Numbered from the stretch's first letter, positions 47,930-61,590 are shown. The stretch: 64,000 nucleotides of DNA from Mustelus asterias (GCF_964213995.1 NW_027590139.1:1302001-1366000), one strand, 5' to 3'. Program-made: numbers and translations. The notes: a model not told the origin generated them from the sequence alone.

Positions 47930-48476
47930 CTGTAAAACTGATTTAAAACAGGAGACACGGAGTGAGAGAGAGCCCACAGAAACACACAGGCAGCTTGTCA
48001 AACTCTCCCCTTCTAACACCCTGTAAAACTGATTTAAAACAGGAGACACGGAGTGAGAGAGAGAGAGCCCACAGAAACACACAGGCAGCTTGTCAAACTC
48101 TCCCCTTCTAACACCCTGTAAAACTGATTTAAAACAGGAGACACGGAGTGAGAGAGAGAGAGCCCACAGAAACACACAGGCAGCTTGTCAAACTCTCCCC
48201 TTCTAACACCCTGTAAAACTGATTTAAAACAGGAGACACGGAGTGAGAGAGAGAGAGCCCACAGAAACACACAGGCAGCTTGTCAAACTCTCCCCTTCTA
48301 ACACCCTGTAAAACTGATTTAAAACAGGAGACACGGAGTGAGAGAGAGAGAGCCCACAGAAACACACAGGCAGCTTGTCAAACTCTCCCCTTCTAACACC
48401 CTGTAAAACTGATTTAAAACAGGAGACACGGAGTGAGAGAGAGAGAGCCCACAGAAACACACAGGCAGCTTGTCAA
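47930..48476. repeat. Tandem repeat, 95-bp unit x ~5.8, spanning the ZNF splice acceptor
   Basis: ctgtaaaactg at 47930, 48021, 48116, 48211, 48306, 48401. Confidence 0.95.
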
Positions 48477-48714
48477 ATTGATCTGAATGAATCTGGGAAT
48501 TTGTGGGGTCGGCGCTGAGAAACATTGACCATGAAAACTGCCGGATTGTCACAAAAACCCAACTGGCCTCTCTGGGAGGAGAGAGAAAGAGGTGAAGGAG
48601 AGGGATTTTGTATTTCTACAAGACATATTAAGAGAGTAATTAGCAAAGCAAATTTGACCCCGAGCTTCATAAAGTGTGATATTGATATATAAACAGGGAA
48701 GTTATTCTGAATAT

Positions 48715-49295
48715 TTATAAAGCTCTGGTCCCCGCTCTTCAGGAAGGATATAAAGATCCTTGAGAAGGTGCAGAGATTTACCGGAATGGTTCCAGTAAAG
48801 GAAGTTGAGGGGAGATTTGATTCAGGTACACAAGATTCTGACAGGTTTCGATCAGGTGGATAAAGAAAATCTGTTTCCATTTGCTGATCGTACAAGGACC
48901 AGGGGGACAGATTTAAGGTTTTGGGTAAAACCTTGATTGAACCATATAAGATCCTGAGGGGACTTGACAGGGTGGATGTGGAAAGGACATTTCCTCTTGT
49001 GGGAGAATTTTAAACTCGGCACCACAAAGTAAGGGGTCACCCGTCTAAATTAGAGATGAGGATTTTTTTTCTCAAAGGATTGTGAGACTTTGGAATATTC
49101 TTCCTGCAAAGGTGGTTGAGGCAGAGTCCTTGAATATCTTACAGCAGAGCTGGATAGATTCTTGATAAGCAAGGAGGTGGAAGGTTATCGGGAGTAGGCA
49201 GGAACGTGAAGTTGAGATTAAAATGAGATCAGCCACAATCTTACTGAATGGGAGAGCGGGGCCGAGTGGCCGACTGCTGCTCCTAATTTGTATGT
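48715..49295 (+). mobile_element. CR1 LINE 3' fragments
   Basis: Degenerate RKDI..LEKVQR and ..YKILRGLDRVD motifs and CR1 3' UTR. Confidence 0.7.
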
Positions 49296-49303
49296 AAACA
49301 GTT

Positions 49304-49370
49304 GTTTCTGTCGTGTTATCACGTTCGCTTCACACACGAAATGTGCCCGGTTCGAAATCGGGCCGAAACA
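49304..49370 (+). pseudogene. tRNA-Val(CAC) pseudogene, D-arm deletion
   Basis: gtttctgtcgtgttatcacgttcgcttcacacacgaaatgtgcccggttcgaaatcgggccgaaaca. Confidence 0.7.
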
Positions 49371-49454
49371 CTGTTGGATCTTTCTCATTAAACATGAGCA
49401 AAGTCTACATGATTGCTCAACATTTTGCGAATCTCAATGTTACATCAACTCAAA

Positions 49455-50210
49455 TGCTCCTTTACAGTAAATGGCAGAACCCTTAAGGGTATTGATAGGC
49501 AGAGGGATCTGGGTGTACAGGCACACAGGTTACTGAAAGTGGCAATGCAGGTGGAGAAGGTAGTCAAGAAGGCAAATAGCGTGCTTGTCTTCATCGGCCA
49601 GGGCATTGAGATTAAAAATTGGCAAGTAATGTTGCAGCTTTATAGAACCTTGGTTAGGCCACACTTGGAATATAGTGTTCAATTCTGGTCGCCACACTAC
49701 CAGAAGGATGTGGAGGCTTTGGAGAAGGTACAGAAAAGATTTATCAGGATGTTGCCTGGTATGGAGGGCATTAGCTATGAGGAGAGGTTGGAGAAACTTG
49801 GTTTATTCTCACTGGAACGATGGAGGTTGAGGGATGACTTGATACAAGTCTACAAGATTATGAGGGGCATGGATAGAGTGGATAATCAGAAGCTTTTTCC
49901 CAGGGTGGAAGAGTCAATTATTAGGGGTCACAGGTTTAGGTGCGAGGGGCAAGTTTTAAAGGAAATGTACGAGGCAAGTTTTTTTACACAGAGGGTGGTG
50001 GGTGCTTGGAACTCACTGCCGGGTGAGGTAGTGGAAGCAGATCTGATAGTGACTTTTAAGGGGTGTCTTGACAAATACATGAATAGGATGGGAATAGAGG
50101 GATATGGTCCCTGGAAGGGTAGGGGGTTTTAGTTCAGTCAGGCAGCAAGGTGATGCAGGCTTGGAGGGCCAAAGGGCCTGTTCCTGCACTATAATTTTCT
50201 TTGTTCTTTG
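49455..50210 (+). mobile_element. CR1 LINE ORF2 C-terminal fragment
   Basis: QRDLGV...LYRTLVRPHLEYSVQFWSPHYQKDVEALEKVQKRFIRM. Confidence 0.92.
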
Positions 50211-50589
50211 TTTTGTTCTTTAGTACAGGAGATGTGAGGAAGAGTGTTTTTAGACAGTGAGGGCTAATGACCCAAAACTTGCTGCCCATGATTGGGGTGG
50301 AAATGGACATGATGAATAATTTCAAAAGGAAATTGGATAGACATTGGAGGAAAAGAAATCTGCAAAGATATGAGGATAGAGCAGGGGAATGGGACTGGAT
50401 TGCTCTAGACAGATGACATGGACTCAATGGGCCAAATGGCCTCCTCTGTGCTATAATGACTTCCTGTAATCTCACCTTGTGATTTAACCTGGGGAGTTCA
50501 AATATCACTCAGGCAAATCTGTGCTACACTCCCTCCAAAGCCATTCTGTCCTTCCTAAGGTATGTTGCTCAGAACCAAGCACAGTTCTC

Positions 50590-50850
50590 CAGGATTTGTG
50601 AATCTCAGGGCTTTTCCAGTCACACTGAGACCTGAAATCTTCTCTCTCAGACAGAATCGACAAACCTGTTACCTTCCACATTCAGAAGCTGCTGATATCC
50701 AGGTCCTGATTTTTTCGAGTGACTCCATCAGATCACGATGTGATGTTTGATTTGTGTTTCGCGTCTGTCAATTCTCCACTTCCAGCACCCTGTAAATTTA
50801 CAGAAACCATCACTGTCTGTCCAGGATAGAAATTCACAACATTCTCTACT
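50590..50850 (-). pseudogene. Truncated ZNF cassette 5' portion
   Basis: Acceptor ttacag|ggtgctggaag... through cagtgtgactggaaaagc, then ends. Confidence 0.7.
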
Positions 50851-51744
50851 CCATAATCGCCAACTGTGATTAAATGTATTCCTGGAGGTTTTATCACATC
50901 TTTTATGTTGCCCCCATCGTCCAACCTCATTCCACACTGCCTTCCTAGGCCAATTGGAAAGCAAAAAGACTCATCACGTTACAGGACGATTGATGGTCAA
51001 CCAAACAACTTTTATCTATTGTCAATATTTTAATACCCAGTGAAGAGAAATATTCAAACGAAATTACAAAAAAGTATATTTTTTAATGTCCAGACAATTT
51101 TCCAGAGATGCAGGTTTGAATCCCACAGTTCAAAGATGTGTAGGTTAGGTGGACTAGCTATGCTAAATGTACAGGGTTACACGGATAGGGCTGGGTGATG
51201 GGCCAAATGGCTTCCTTCTGCACTGCGGGGATTCTATGATCCTATGGTATGGTGAATTTTGAATATAATTAAAATCTGGAACTAAAAGCCTACTGATGAC
51301 CATGAAATCATTGTTCGTTGTTGTAAAAACCCATCTAGTTCACTAATGTCTTTGAGGGAAGGAAATCTGCTCTCCTTACCTGGTCTAGTCTATATGTGAC
51401 TCGAGATCCACTGCAATGTGGTTGACTCTTAAAATGTCCTCTGAAACTTAGTTCAAGGACAAATAGAAATGGGTGATGAATGCTGGCCCAGCCAGGGACA
51501 CCCACAGTGTGAATGAATTAGGAAAAATATCTGCCATCCTTACCCGTTCTAGTCTAAATATATCTCCACAGCAATGTGGTTGCCTCTTAAAATGCCCTCT
51601 GAGATGGCCTAGCAAACCACTCAATTCAAGGACAATTAGGGATGGACAATAAATACTGGTCCAGCCAGCGACTCCCACATTCCCTGGACAAATAAAAAAT
51701 TCCTGGAGACTCCAGTCCAATCCGGGAGAGTTGGTAACTGGTCC

Positions 51745-52085
51745 AGGCTCACAGCGCATGCGCCCTGCTGCACATTGTTCCTATAAAGATGGCGGCCGGT
51801 AACCCGGGCCTGGAGCCGCTCAGCTCCGACCATGTTCTGTACCGCTTGAAACGATACCGGGAACATGTTATCTGGATTGAGGCATCCACAGGTATTTATG
51901 AAGCCTCCCAGCCCACTCCGCTGCTTCTATCCCTCCCCGGTCACCCAGCGGCTCCATTACTGAACCTCACTCCATTATTTCTTTCCGGCTCCTCGCAGCT
52001 CCAGTCGCAGCCCGGAATGCGCATGCTCTGGTCAGAGTCAGACACTGCGCATGTTCCAGTCAGTGCCAGGTACCCCGCTTGCGTA
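51745..52085. promoter_or_regulatory. CpG-rich, possibly bidirectional promoter (NRF1 gcgcatgcgc, YY1 aagatggcggc)
   Basis: Motifs near 51755 and 51786; further tgcgcatg at ~52018 and ~52046; lies between a minus-strand cassette and the plus-strand ZNF at 55130. Confidence 0.6.
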
Positions 52086-52744
52086 ACAATTGCAGTAATG
52101 TTGGATAGGGCACAGTCTCACCCGCAGAGAATGTTGGGTAACCACCTCGCCATTCAAACGCATGTCGTTCAATAGAAAATATGATTTGCGATCTGATTAT
52201 GATTGGTACCATTAGGCCAAGGTTCAAATGTGTTACATCACTTCATACAGCAACTAAGCAGCATAGGCATTGCAGCACACTTCTGTCCTGGGTGTGATTG
52301 ATAACATAACAATCACCTGCATTTAAATGTGAACTCGTTGGGGTGAACAAGTGATTTGTGCCCTCATAGACAGAACAGTTAAACTATCCCTCGCCAATAA
52401 GAGGAGTATTTAAAATGCTTTGAGCTTTTAAAGTTAACTACTGAGGAAATCCCTTTGCAAATGTTAAGTGTTTGAGTGGTCTTGCTCTGGTGTAATTGTG
52501 CTGTTGTATCAGTAAATGGGATGACTGAGTGAGTCAATTTTCACATTCAGCTGGGAAATAATTTTTTGATGGTGGGATTTAATCTAAATGTTTACAGCTC
52601 CGATGAGAATCTCAAAAGTTGGGCAACAAATGCTGGTCTTGCCAGCAATGCCCGCACCCCACGAATTGTTATTATTTTTAAATAGTTCCTTTTGAAGGGC
52701 TCTCCATCTCCCTGTCTCCTTCTTCCTCAAAGCATCAAACTTAA

Positions 52745-53640
52745 GGGAAAAGTGTATAGCTACACAGAGGTGAGCGGCAGGTCAGATGATTGGCTGGAAT
52801 ATAAAGAAAAGCAGAGAATGACTAAAAGGTTAATTGGAAGAAAAACATTAGAGTATGAGAGGAAGTTAGCTGTGAATGTAAAAATGAATAGCAAGAGTTT
52901 CTATAGGCATTAAAAAGGAAAAGAGGAATAAGGTGAGTGTTGGCTCTCTTGAGAATGGGGAGTAATAATAGATAATAAATGGCCAATGAAATAAACAAAT
53001 CTTTGCTTCTATCTTCACTATAGAAAATACAAAACCAGCCAGTCCTAGCTGTAAATCGGGAGGTGGAAGGGAGAGAGGAACTAGGAGAAATTACAATGAC
53101 GTGGGAAGCTGTACTGAGCAAACTGATGGAGCTGCAACTGACAAGTCTCTGGGTCGTGATGGAATTCATTCTAGCATCTTAAGAAGGTGGTTAATGAGAT
53201 AGTGACAGTAGATTTGTTGGAGTTAATTTTCCAAAGTTCCCTAGATTCTGGAGAGGTTCCATCAGACTGGAAAGTAGCAAATATAAGCCCTCTAATTCAA
53301 GAATGGATGGTGGCATAAGACAGGAAATTTAGGCCAGTTAGATAGACATCTGTTGTGGGGAAGATGTTAGAATCAATCATTAAAGAGGTTATAGCTGGCC
53401 ACTTTGAAAAACTCAAGGTAATCAGGAAGAGTTAGCATAGTTTAATGAGATTGTGTTGAACCAATTGGAGTTCTTTGAAGAAGTAACGTGTGGATAGAAG
53501 GGAACCTGTGGATCTGCTGAATTGAATTCCAGAAAACATGTGATAAGGTGCCACATCAAAGGTTATCATGGAAAACAAAAGCTAGTAGTGCAGGGGGTAA
53601 CATATTACCCCCTGCACTGCTTCTGATAGAAGATTGGCTG
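52745..53640 (+). mobile_element. CR1 LINE ORF2 internal fragment, degenerate
   Basis: YERKLA.NVK.NSKSFYR; KS.G.DGIH...L; VP.DWK.ANI.PL; KVPHQRL..K. Confidence 0.8.
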
Positions 53641-55129
53641 TCAGAAAGTAGAGAGAATGCATATTTATTGTTTAACATGGGAATGGAGGTGAATGTAATG
53701 CTGAGACCAGTAGCAATCTGTGTGGTTGTTCTTGATGCTGTCAGGGTGAGTTCACCCTCACAGGAAGGAAGACCGTTCACGGTGATAACATCAAACTGAC
53801 TCTGGCTGTTTCATTCTCAGGTAACACAACTTCCTGTTTCTCTGCTGCCGGTTCCAAACCTCACATCTCACTTCTGAGCAGAAAATAAATCCAGGGACCA
53901 CAATCTCGTGAGAACATCTGTCAATGTGGCCTTTATCTGTCCACAGAGTCAGGGCAGAGTCACACTGATCACATTGCGGTGACATTTACAAATGAGCCTA
54001 TTATTTCTGTTCAGAGTTTCCATTCCCAGATATAACCGGCTGTGTTTGTGGTTCAGTCAGAGTTCGCTCTGATCCCCATAGCCGGGAACTGATAGCCTGC
54101 TCCTTTATATTTTATATCATTCTGTGTTGCTTGTTTCCTCTGTTTCTCAGCTTTTATCTTTGACAACCTCAACTTTCTGCTTTTTAAAATCTCTCTCGAT
54201 TTTTCTCTGTCTTTCTGTCTCTCCTCTGTATCTTTCTCAGGCTCTGTGTGTTCCTATTTAATCAAGATGTTCAAAATCATGAAGGGTTTCTGATTGATTA
54301 TAGAAGGAAAATCAGGGAGAAAAGCAGAAAACCTCGGCAGGTCCTGCAGCATCTGTTCAAGGAGAAACAGTTAACATTTTGAGTCCATATGATTCTTCAG
54401 GACAGGAAAAACGTGGGTTTTTAGATCAGGGAATATGATGGGGAGATTTAATAGAGATGTTTAAAATGAGAAATGATTTATGATAGTGTCAATGGAGAGG
54501 AACGGTTTCCCAGGAGCAGGAGGATCTGTCAATGGAGATAATCTATTTCCCAGGAGCAGGAGGGTCTGTAAGCAGAGGACACAGAGATTTAACATAATTG
54601 ACAGCCTAACTTTAGGGCATGATAAGGAGATTGTTTTACACAATGATTTGATGTGATCTGAAATGCACAAACTGACAGGTGTTAGAAGCAGGTTTAATAG
54701 TAACTTTCAAAGGGAATTGGATAAATACTTGCAGAAGGTAAATTGGCAGAGTTATGATGAATGGGATTAATTGGACAGTTCACTCGTCTTTGTGACATTC
54801 TGAATATTTCTATTTGACTTTATGTGGAATTTGCACATTCTCTCCATGTCCACATGGAGAAGCAACTGGGTTTTTATGACAATCCAGCAGCTTCATGGTG
54901 ACTATTTCCTCCTGCTGGCCCCAGAATTTACCAGATTCATTCAGCTCAATTTGACAACCTGCCTTTGTGTTGTTGTGGGTTCTCTCTCACTCCCTTTTTT
55001 CTGTTTTAAATCAATTTCACAGGGTTTTAGAAGGGGAGGATTTGTGGTCTGGTCTCAAACAAAACATCACATCAGGATCTGACGGAGTCACCCTTAATAT
55101 CATAGCCTGAATATTATTGGATTTTGAAC

Positions 55130-56083
55130 ATGGAAGGAGAAAGCATTCGTCACAGTGGGAAGAAACCATACACGTGTTGTTTGTGTGGACGAGGCTTCAA
55201 CCAATCATCTGATCTGTCAAAGCACAAATGCAGTCACAGCGGGGGGATGACTTGGAAATGTGAGGAATGTGCAGCAGTATTCAGCTCCTCAGCTGAGCTG
55301 GAAACTCACCAGTGTGCTCACACTGGGGAAAGACCAATCAGCTGCTCTGAGTGTGGGAAAGGATTCAGTCACTTATCCCAGCTAATCATACACCAGCGAG
55401 TTCACACTGGGGAGAGACCATTCACCTGTTCTGAGTGTGGGAAGGGATTCACTCAGTCATCCAACTTACGGATACACCAGCGAGTTCACTCAGGGGAGAA
55501 ACCATTTACCTGCTCCAGATGTGGAAAGAAATTCCCTCATTTGTCTCATCTGCTGGCTCACCAGCAAGTTCACACTGACCAGAAACCTTTTAAATGTTCA
55601 GACTGCGGGAAATGTTTTAAAAGTTCCAGGGAACTGTTGTCCCATCAACGTGTTCACACTGATGAGAAACCATTCAGGTGCTCTCATTGTGGGACTGGGT
55701 TCAGACATTCATCTCATCTCATTGTACACCAGAGAGTTCACACTGGGGAGAGGCCGTTCACCTGCTCTGACTGTGGGAAGGGATTCACTCAGTTATCCAA
55801 CCTGCTGACACACCAGCGAGGCCACACTGAAGAGAAACCGTTTACCTGTTCCCAATGTGGGAAGGGATTCACTCGATCATCTGACCTCCTGACACATCAG
55901 CTTGTTCACACTGGGGAGAGACCGTTCACATGCTCCAAGTGTGGAAAGGGATTCACTACCTCATTGCACTTGCTGAGACACCAGCGAATTCACTCTGGCG
56001 AGAGGCGGTTCATCTGCTCCGAGTGTGGGAAGGGATTCACTCAGTCATCTGTCCTGCTGACCCACCAGCGAATTCATGAGTAA
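55130..56083 (+). CDS. C2H2 zinc-finger protein, 11 fingers, intact
   Basis: [19 protein letters not shown]...HQRIHE; acceptor tcacag near 55022. Confidence 0.9.
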   Translation: MEGESIRHSGKKPYTCCLCGRGFNQSSDLSKHKCSHSGGMTWKCEECAAVFSSSAELETHQCAHTGERPISCSECGKGFSHLSQLIIHQRVHTGERPFTCSECGKGFTQSSNLRIHQRVHSGEKPFTCSRCGKKFPHLSHLLAHQQVHTDQKPFKCSDCGKCFKSSRELLSHQRVHTDEKPFRCSHCGTGFRHSSHLIVHQRVHTGERPFTCSDCGKGFTQLSNLLTHQRGHTEEKPFTCSQCGKGFTRSSDLLTHQLVHTGERPFTCSKCGKGFTTSLHLLRHQRIHSGERRFICSECGKGFTQSSVLLTHQRIHE

Positions 56084-56464
56084 CTACAATGGTTAGGTTT
56101 TGTGGTTAATCAAGTCAGGAATGAACATTGCTGATCAAGGTCTATTTCTGCTGATAATAAACTCCAGCCTACTTATAGATGTTAATATTGTCGATAAAAG
56201 TCAAATAAATCAGCTTTATGTTAAATACCAATGTCTGAATCGTTTAACATCACAAACACAAGTTAGTTCCTTTTTCAAAGGCTCCCTCAAGCTCACTGTC
56301 CTCTCCAACACTCTCTCCTGGTTAAGGGTGATTGTTAAAATCTGCCTCTCCAATCAAGGTTTTGTCCATTTCTCCGAATATTGTCCCATGTGACTCCGTG
56401 TCAGTTTTTTCTTTCTCAAACTCCTCTGAAGCATAGTGGAATGTTTTGTTACATTAAACACGTT

Positions 56465-57032
56465 CTATAAAGACATAAGAACTAAGAGCAGGTGTAGGTC
56501 ATCTGGTCCCTTGAGCCTGCTCTGCCATTTAATAAGATCATTGATCTTTTTGTGGACTCAGCTCCACTTACCCGCCCACTGTCCATAACCCTTAATTCAT
56601 TTACTGTTCAAACTTATCTATCTGGCCTTAAAAACATTCAATGAGGTAGCCTCAACTGCTTCAGTGGGCAGGGAATTCCACTGATTCACAAGTTCCTCCT
56701 CAACTCAGTCCTAAATCTGCTCTGCCTTATTTTGAGGCCATGACCCCTAGTTCTAGTTTCACCTGCCAATGGAAACAACCTCCTTATTTCTATCTTATCC
56801 ATTCCCTTCATAATCTTTGATATGTTTCTATAAGATCTCCCCTCATTCTTCTGAATTCCAATGAGTATAGTCCCAGTTCACAAAGTCTTTCCCCATAAGC
56901 CAACCCCCTCAATTCCAGAATCAACCTCATGAATTTCCTCTGCACCCCCTCCAGTGTCAGGATATCCTTTCTCAAATAAGGAGACCAAAACTGTACATAG
57001 TACTCCAGGTGTGGCCTCACCAACACCTTATA
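56465..57032 (-). mobile_element. CR1 LINE 3' fragment
   Basis: MYKVLVRPHLEYYVQFWSPYLRKDILTLEGVQRKF. Confidence 0.9.
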
Positions 57033-57514
57033 CATGTTGTTACTGTTTCTCAAGTCAGTTTGTACACAGTAAGATTCCACAAACAGCAGTCAGACCGATT
57101 AACCCATGGTAGTGTTAGTTAAGACAGGAATGTTGGTTCCCACTGCAGCAGGGGAACTCCCCTGTGGACAGTATGTGGAGTTGTTGAGCTCTCCTGAGCT
57201 GATCGAGCTGTCAGGCCTGCAGTGGACCTTGAAGAACCGCTGTCTGGGATCTTTCCTCTCAATTCACTGATTCAAATCTTTTTGGCCAACCAAATAAACT
57301 AACTTAAATTTCAATTCACTCACTCCCAGCTAAAGTTGTTCCTGATCAGTCACGTAATTAACTTTGAATATCAATCCCTATTTAACCTTTGGAGCAAAAT
57401 CTACAAAATCAAAATCAGCTGTAAAAGAGAAAGAAAGTTCTTGTGTTCATTCAGAAACATTCACACCCTTAGAACATCCCAAAGTGATTCACAATCAATG
57501 ATAGATTTTGGAAG

Positions 57515-58130
57515 GAAGAATGAGGAGAAGCAGAATAAACTAAGTGGGACAATTTTAAACAGAGTGCAGGAATGCAGTGACCTGGGAGTGGATGTACACA
57601 AATGCTTTACTGTGACAGGACAAGTTGATCAATCTGTTTAAATATAAAACTAATAGGTCCTCCGTTTATTAATGGAGACATGGAGTACAAAAGCAAGACA
57701 ATTATAGTAAATCTTTATAAATCACTGATTAATCCCCAGCTGAAATATTGTGTTCAATGCTGAGCACCGCAGTTTGGGAAAGATGTCAAGGTCTTGGAGA
57801 GGGTGCAGGGAAAATTTCCCAGAATAGTATCAGGGATGAGAGGTTTTAGTTCTGTGGAGAGACTGCAGCAGCTGGGATTGTTCTTATTCAAGCTGAGAAG
57901 GTTAAGGAATGATTTAATAGAGGTGTGGATTTTTAAAAAACATTTCCCATCTACATCGGGAGAAATTGTTTCCATTGTGGGGATGGTTGGTAACCACAGA
58001 TCCCGGATTTAAAATAATTAGCAAAATATCCAGGATGGAGTAGAGATAATTTTACTCAGTGAATTATGACGATCTGGAACACATTGTCTGAATGACTGGT
58101 GGAGATCCAACAGTAACTTTCAGAAGTGAT
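57515..58130 (+). mobile_element. CR1 LINE 3' fragment, old
   Basis: LERVQGKFPRIVSGMRGFS..ERL..LGLF...RRLR.DLIEV. Confidence 0.8.
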
Positions 58131-58169
58131 TTAGACTGATCGCTCTGCTTGTGAGTCTTTGGCACATTC

Positions 58170-59400
58170 ACAAACCTACTCAGTAGCCATGGCAACAGAC
58201 ACTCGATTTCAGCAACTTGTGTGGAATTTCCATTTTAAAGTGTCATCATTCATTGTACATTAGGCCACATCTATAAACCTATTTCTCACATGTCCAGTGA
58301 AGAGGGACAAGTGTGGATGGATGGATCACTTTGAGAAGTTCTTTGCTGTCTGATGTGATTTACCCTCTCAAAGGCCCATTCATAAACCTTATTTTTGGGG
58401 TCTTACATCAATCACTTATTCAATTGTCCATTAGTCAAGCACAGATAATCAAGGTAATCCCTCCTATTCCCATCGGATATTCATGAAGTCATTTTGTGAC
58501 TCATTGCTTGCTCGGACATCCGGCTTAATCGTTACTCAGACAGTTGGTTTCCATGTGAGTCATGACAACCCCCCAAGCCGATCAAGTTTGTCTTGTTTCA
58601 GGTTCTGTGCTACAGAAGTGTCTTTGGCAGAGACAACAGGTCCACACTGTCCTGTGTTTATCAACCCAGAAAGCTTTCCTGATAAGAAAAGGAGTGAGAG
58701 AGAGACCCCCATAATAGTCAATACATTTCCAAAGATTTATATAAGGTTATTGGTGATTTCTTAAAGATGTCCCCACCAAGAGAGGGATTATCCTTATTGA
58801 CATCTCAACTGATTTCAGACTAACCTCACCATTTTAAGCTGTTTCCAAGCTTGCTTTCCTAGTTTCTGAATGACATTCCCTGGATAACAGACTGAAGCTA
58901 CTCGAATGATCAGAATCAGCCACACAAATCCATAAGCTGCCATCGAGAGTAAATGTCAAAACTTTTCCAGTAAGTGTGATAACTGTTGACTTAGATTCAT
59001 CCTCCCCACCTGCAGATCATCTTTCACAATTCTAAATTATTGACATGCTGTAAATACATCTGGTTCAAACATAAGTTCATGCACGAACTTTAAAGATTCT
59101 CCAGGTCTCTGTCCACTTGCATCCACCTTGTGGATATTTTCTAACTGATTCTGGACCTCATCAATTTGTCCTTTCTGAACCGGTTTAGAAATCCTATTGA
59201 GGATATACTCGTAATCCGTGTCACCCTTTTCTCCAATCCACAGGATATCTCTCACCCCCGGCCGGCCTGTTTTCTCTCAGATTATCTATCAGTCATTCCC
59301 TGTAATGAGGCAGTGCCATTGTATAGTCCTGGCTTCACTTAGGAACTTCTCCATTCATATTTAACGAAAACTGATCCCACTCCGAACACCACTTCTAAGA
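58170..59400 (-). mobile_element. Possible heavily decayed LTR-retroelement/ERV internal remnant
   Basis: Gag MHR-like QRPGESLKF..EL (59037-59255); fragmentary integrase-like GLP..I...NG, GHV, TLK..., LPW toward 58190-58460. Confidence 0.35.
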
Positions 59401-59971
59401 TTTAGCTTCACAAATCACAGATTACCCAAAAAGGGTGTTGAGCTCAGAAGTGACTTAAAGTATTTCATTGAGGAAAAACAGTTTAAGTGTGATGCAGAAG
59501 CTAAATAAACAGGAAAAACCCACAAACTGACAGGTGAGAATGGTTTACCAGTCCCAGAGGACAAACAGGGTGACACAGAGAGAGTGCTGGTCTCTGTAGC
59601 TGGTGGCTGCAGTCTCCTCTGAATGGTTAACTGTTGTGAGCCAGAGTGTGGGTATTGGGCTGAAGTCAGTACAGATCACTTCAAAATCTCTTCGCTCTCG
59701 AGAGCCTGTTTTAACCTTCACGCAGACAGTTAGATTACATGAGGGTCATGAGATCGAAGGCCTGTGCTGCAAACAGAGTTAACAGGTCTGTCCTGTGTTT
59801 GTCAGCCAGTAACCTGCTGTGGAAGCTTTCTTCATAAGACAGTGAGCTACTTCTATAATAATCCAGAAATTTCTTCAGATTTTATAGGGTTATCGGACAT
59901 TGTGATTTTTTTTTACAGCCGAGTACTTGGATTGGAACTTGTGTGCACTCCCGAGCTGAGGGGAATACGTT

Positions 59972-60834
59972 TTTGATTTGATTTGATTTATTGTCACATG
60001 TATTAGTATACAGTGAAAAGTAGTTTCTTGTGCGCTATACAGACAAGCATACTGTTCATAAAGAAGGAAATGAGAGAGTGCAGAATGTAGTGTTATAATC
60101 ACAGCCAGTCATAGCTAGGGTGCAGAGAATGATCAACTTAATGTGAGGTAGGTGCCTTCAAAAGTCTGATGGCAGCAGGGAAGAAGCTGTTCTTGAGTCA
60201 GTTGTATGTGACCTCAAACTTTTGTATCTTTTTCCCCGAGGAAAGAAGGTGGAAGAAAGTATGTCTGGGGTGCATGGGGTCCTTAATTATGCTGCTTTGC
60301 TGAGGCAGCGGGAAGTGTAGACAGAGTCAATGGATGGGAGGCTGGTTTGCGTGATGGATTGGGCTACATTCACGACCTTTTGTAGTTTCTTGCGTCTTGG
60401 GCAGAGCAGGAGCCATACCAAGCTGTGATACAACCAGAAAGAATGCTTTCTTTGGTGCATCTGTAAAAGTTGGTGAGAGTCGTAGTTGACATGCCAAATT
60501 TCCTTAGTCTTCTGAGAAAGTAGAGGCGTTGGTGAGCTTTCTTAACTATAGTGTCGGCATGGGGGTACCAGGACAGGTTGTTGGTGATCTGGACACCTAA
60601 AAACGTGAAGCTCTCGACCCTTTCTACTTCATTGCCGTTGATGTAGACAGGGACATGTTCTTCTTTACGCTTCCTGAAGTCAATGACAATCTCCTTCGTT
60701 TTGTTGACATTGAGGGAGAGATTATTGTTGCCGCACCAGTTCACCAGATTCTCTCCCTCATTCCTGTACTCTGTCTCATCATTGTTTGAGATCCGACCCA
60801 CTATGGTGGTGTCGTCAGCAAACTTGAAAATCAA
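59972..60834 (-). mobile_element. Rex1/Babar LINE RT 3' half with (aatca)n tail
   Basis: KFADDTTIVGRISNNDE..YR...LVNWC..NNLSLNVNKTKEIVIDFRK...FLGVQITNNLSW...KKAHQRLYFLRRLRKF. Confidence 0.9.
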
Positions 60835-61252
60835 AATTCTGTACCCACTGCAGGGGTAAGATTTGGGAACTCACGATTCTCCATCAATTCTCATTCCCCT
60901 TCTTTCTGGTGGATAATGGAGGTGTCACTGTGTGTAATGTGCAAGTCAGTAAGAATTGTCAGCAAGGATTAATCAGCACTTTCTAATTGGTGATATTAAT
61001 CAGTGGAACCTCTCACACACTGAATTGTAGAGTTTGTACCAAAGATCAATTTAGGATTGAAGTAAAAGTTCAGAATCTTGTTGTAAACTAATTTCTGATG
61101 AGAGTTGCTGAGTTATGGGGAAAGATCAGAGGCAGCGGTTCTTAAAGGGAAGCTGCAGCTCTGAGAACGCAATCAGCTCTAGATCTAGAATTTTAAACTT
61201 CAGCCCAGTTACAGGGATTATTAACATCAACGAAACAAAATCCAAACTCGAT

Positions 61253-61543
61253 AAAACTAGAACCAGAGGGCACAACCTCAGGCTAAAGGGACAATCCTTT
61301 AAAACAGAGATGAGGAGGAATTTCTTCAGCCAGGAAATGGTGAATCTGTGGAACTCTTTGCCACAGAAGGCTGTGGAGGCCAGGTCATTGAGTGTCTTTA
61401 AGACAGAGATAGATCAGGGATCAGGGGTTATGGGGAAAAGGCAGGAGAATGGGGATGAGAAAAAAATCAGCCATGATTGAATGGCGGAGCAGACTCGATG
61501 GGCCGAATGGCCTAATTCTGCTCCTATGTCTTATGGTCTTATG
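61253..61543 (+). mobile_element. CR1 LINE 3' end
   Basis: TRTRGHNLRLKG..FKTEMRRNFFSQ..VNLWNSLP plus (tcttatgg) tail. Confidence 0.88.
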
Positions 61544-61590
61544 AACAGTCAGTATTGAACTGCACTAACAGCAGAATCCAATCCCTGCAG

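Noticed and set aside
47870-48552. Repeated 78-aa ORFs
   Set aside because: Translation of the 95-bp tandem repeat; non-ATG starts.
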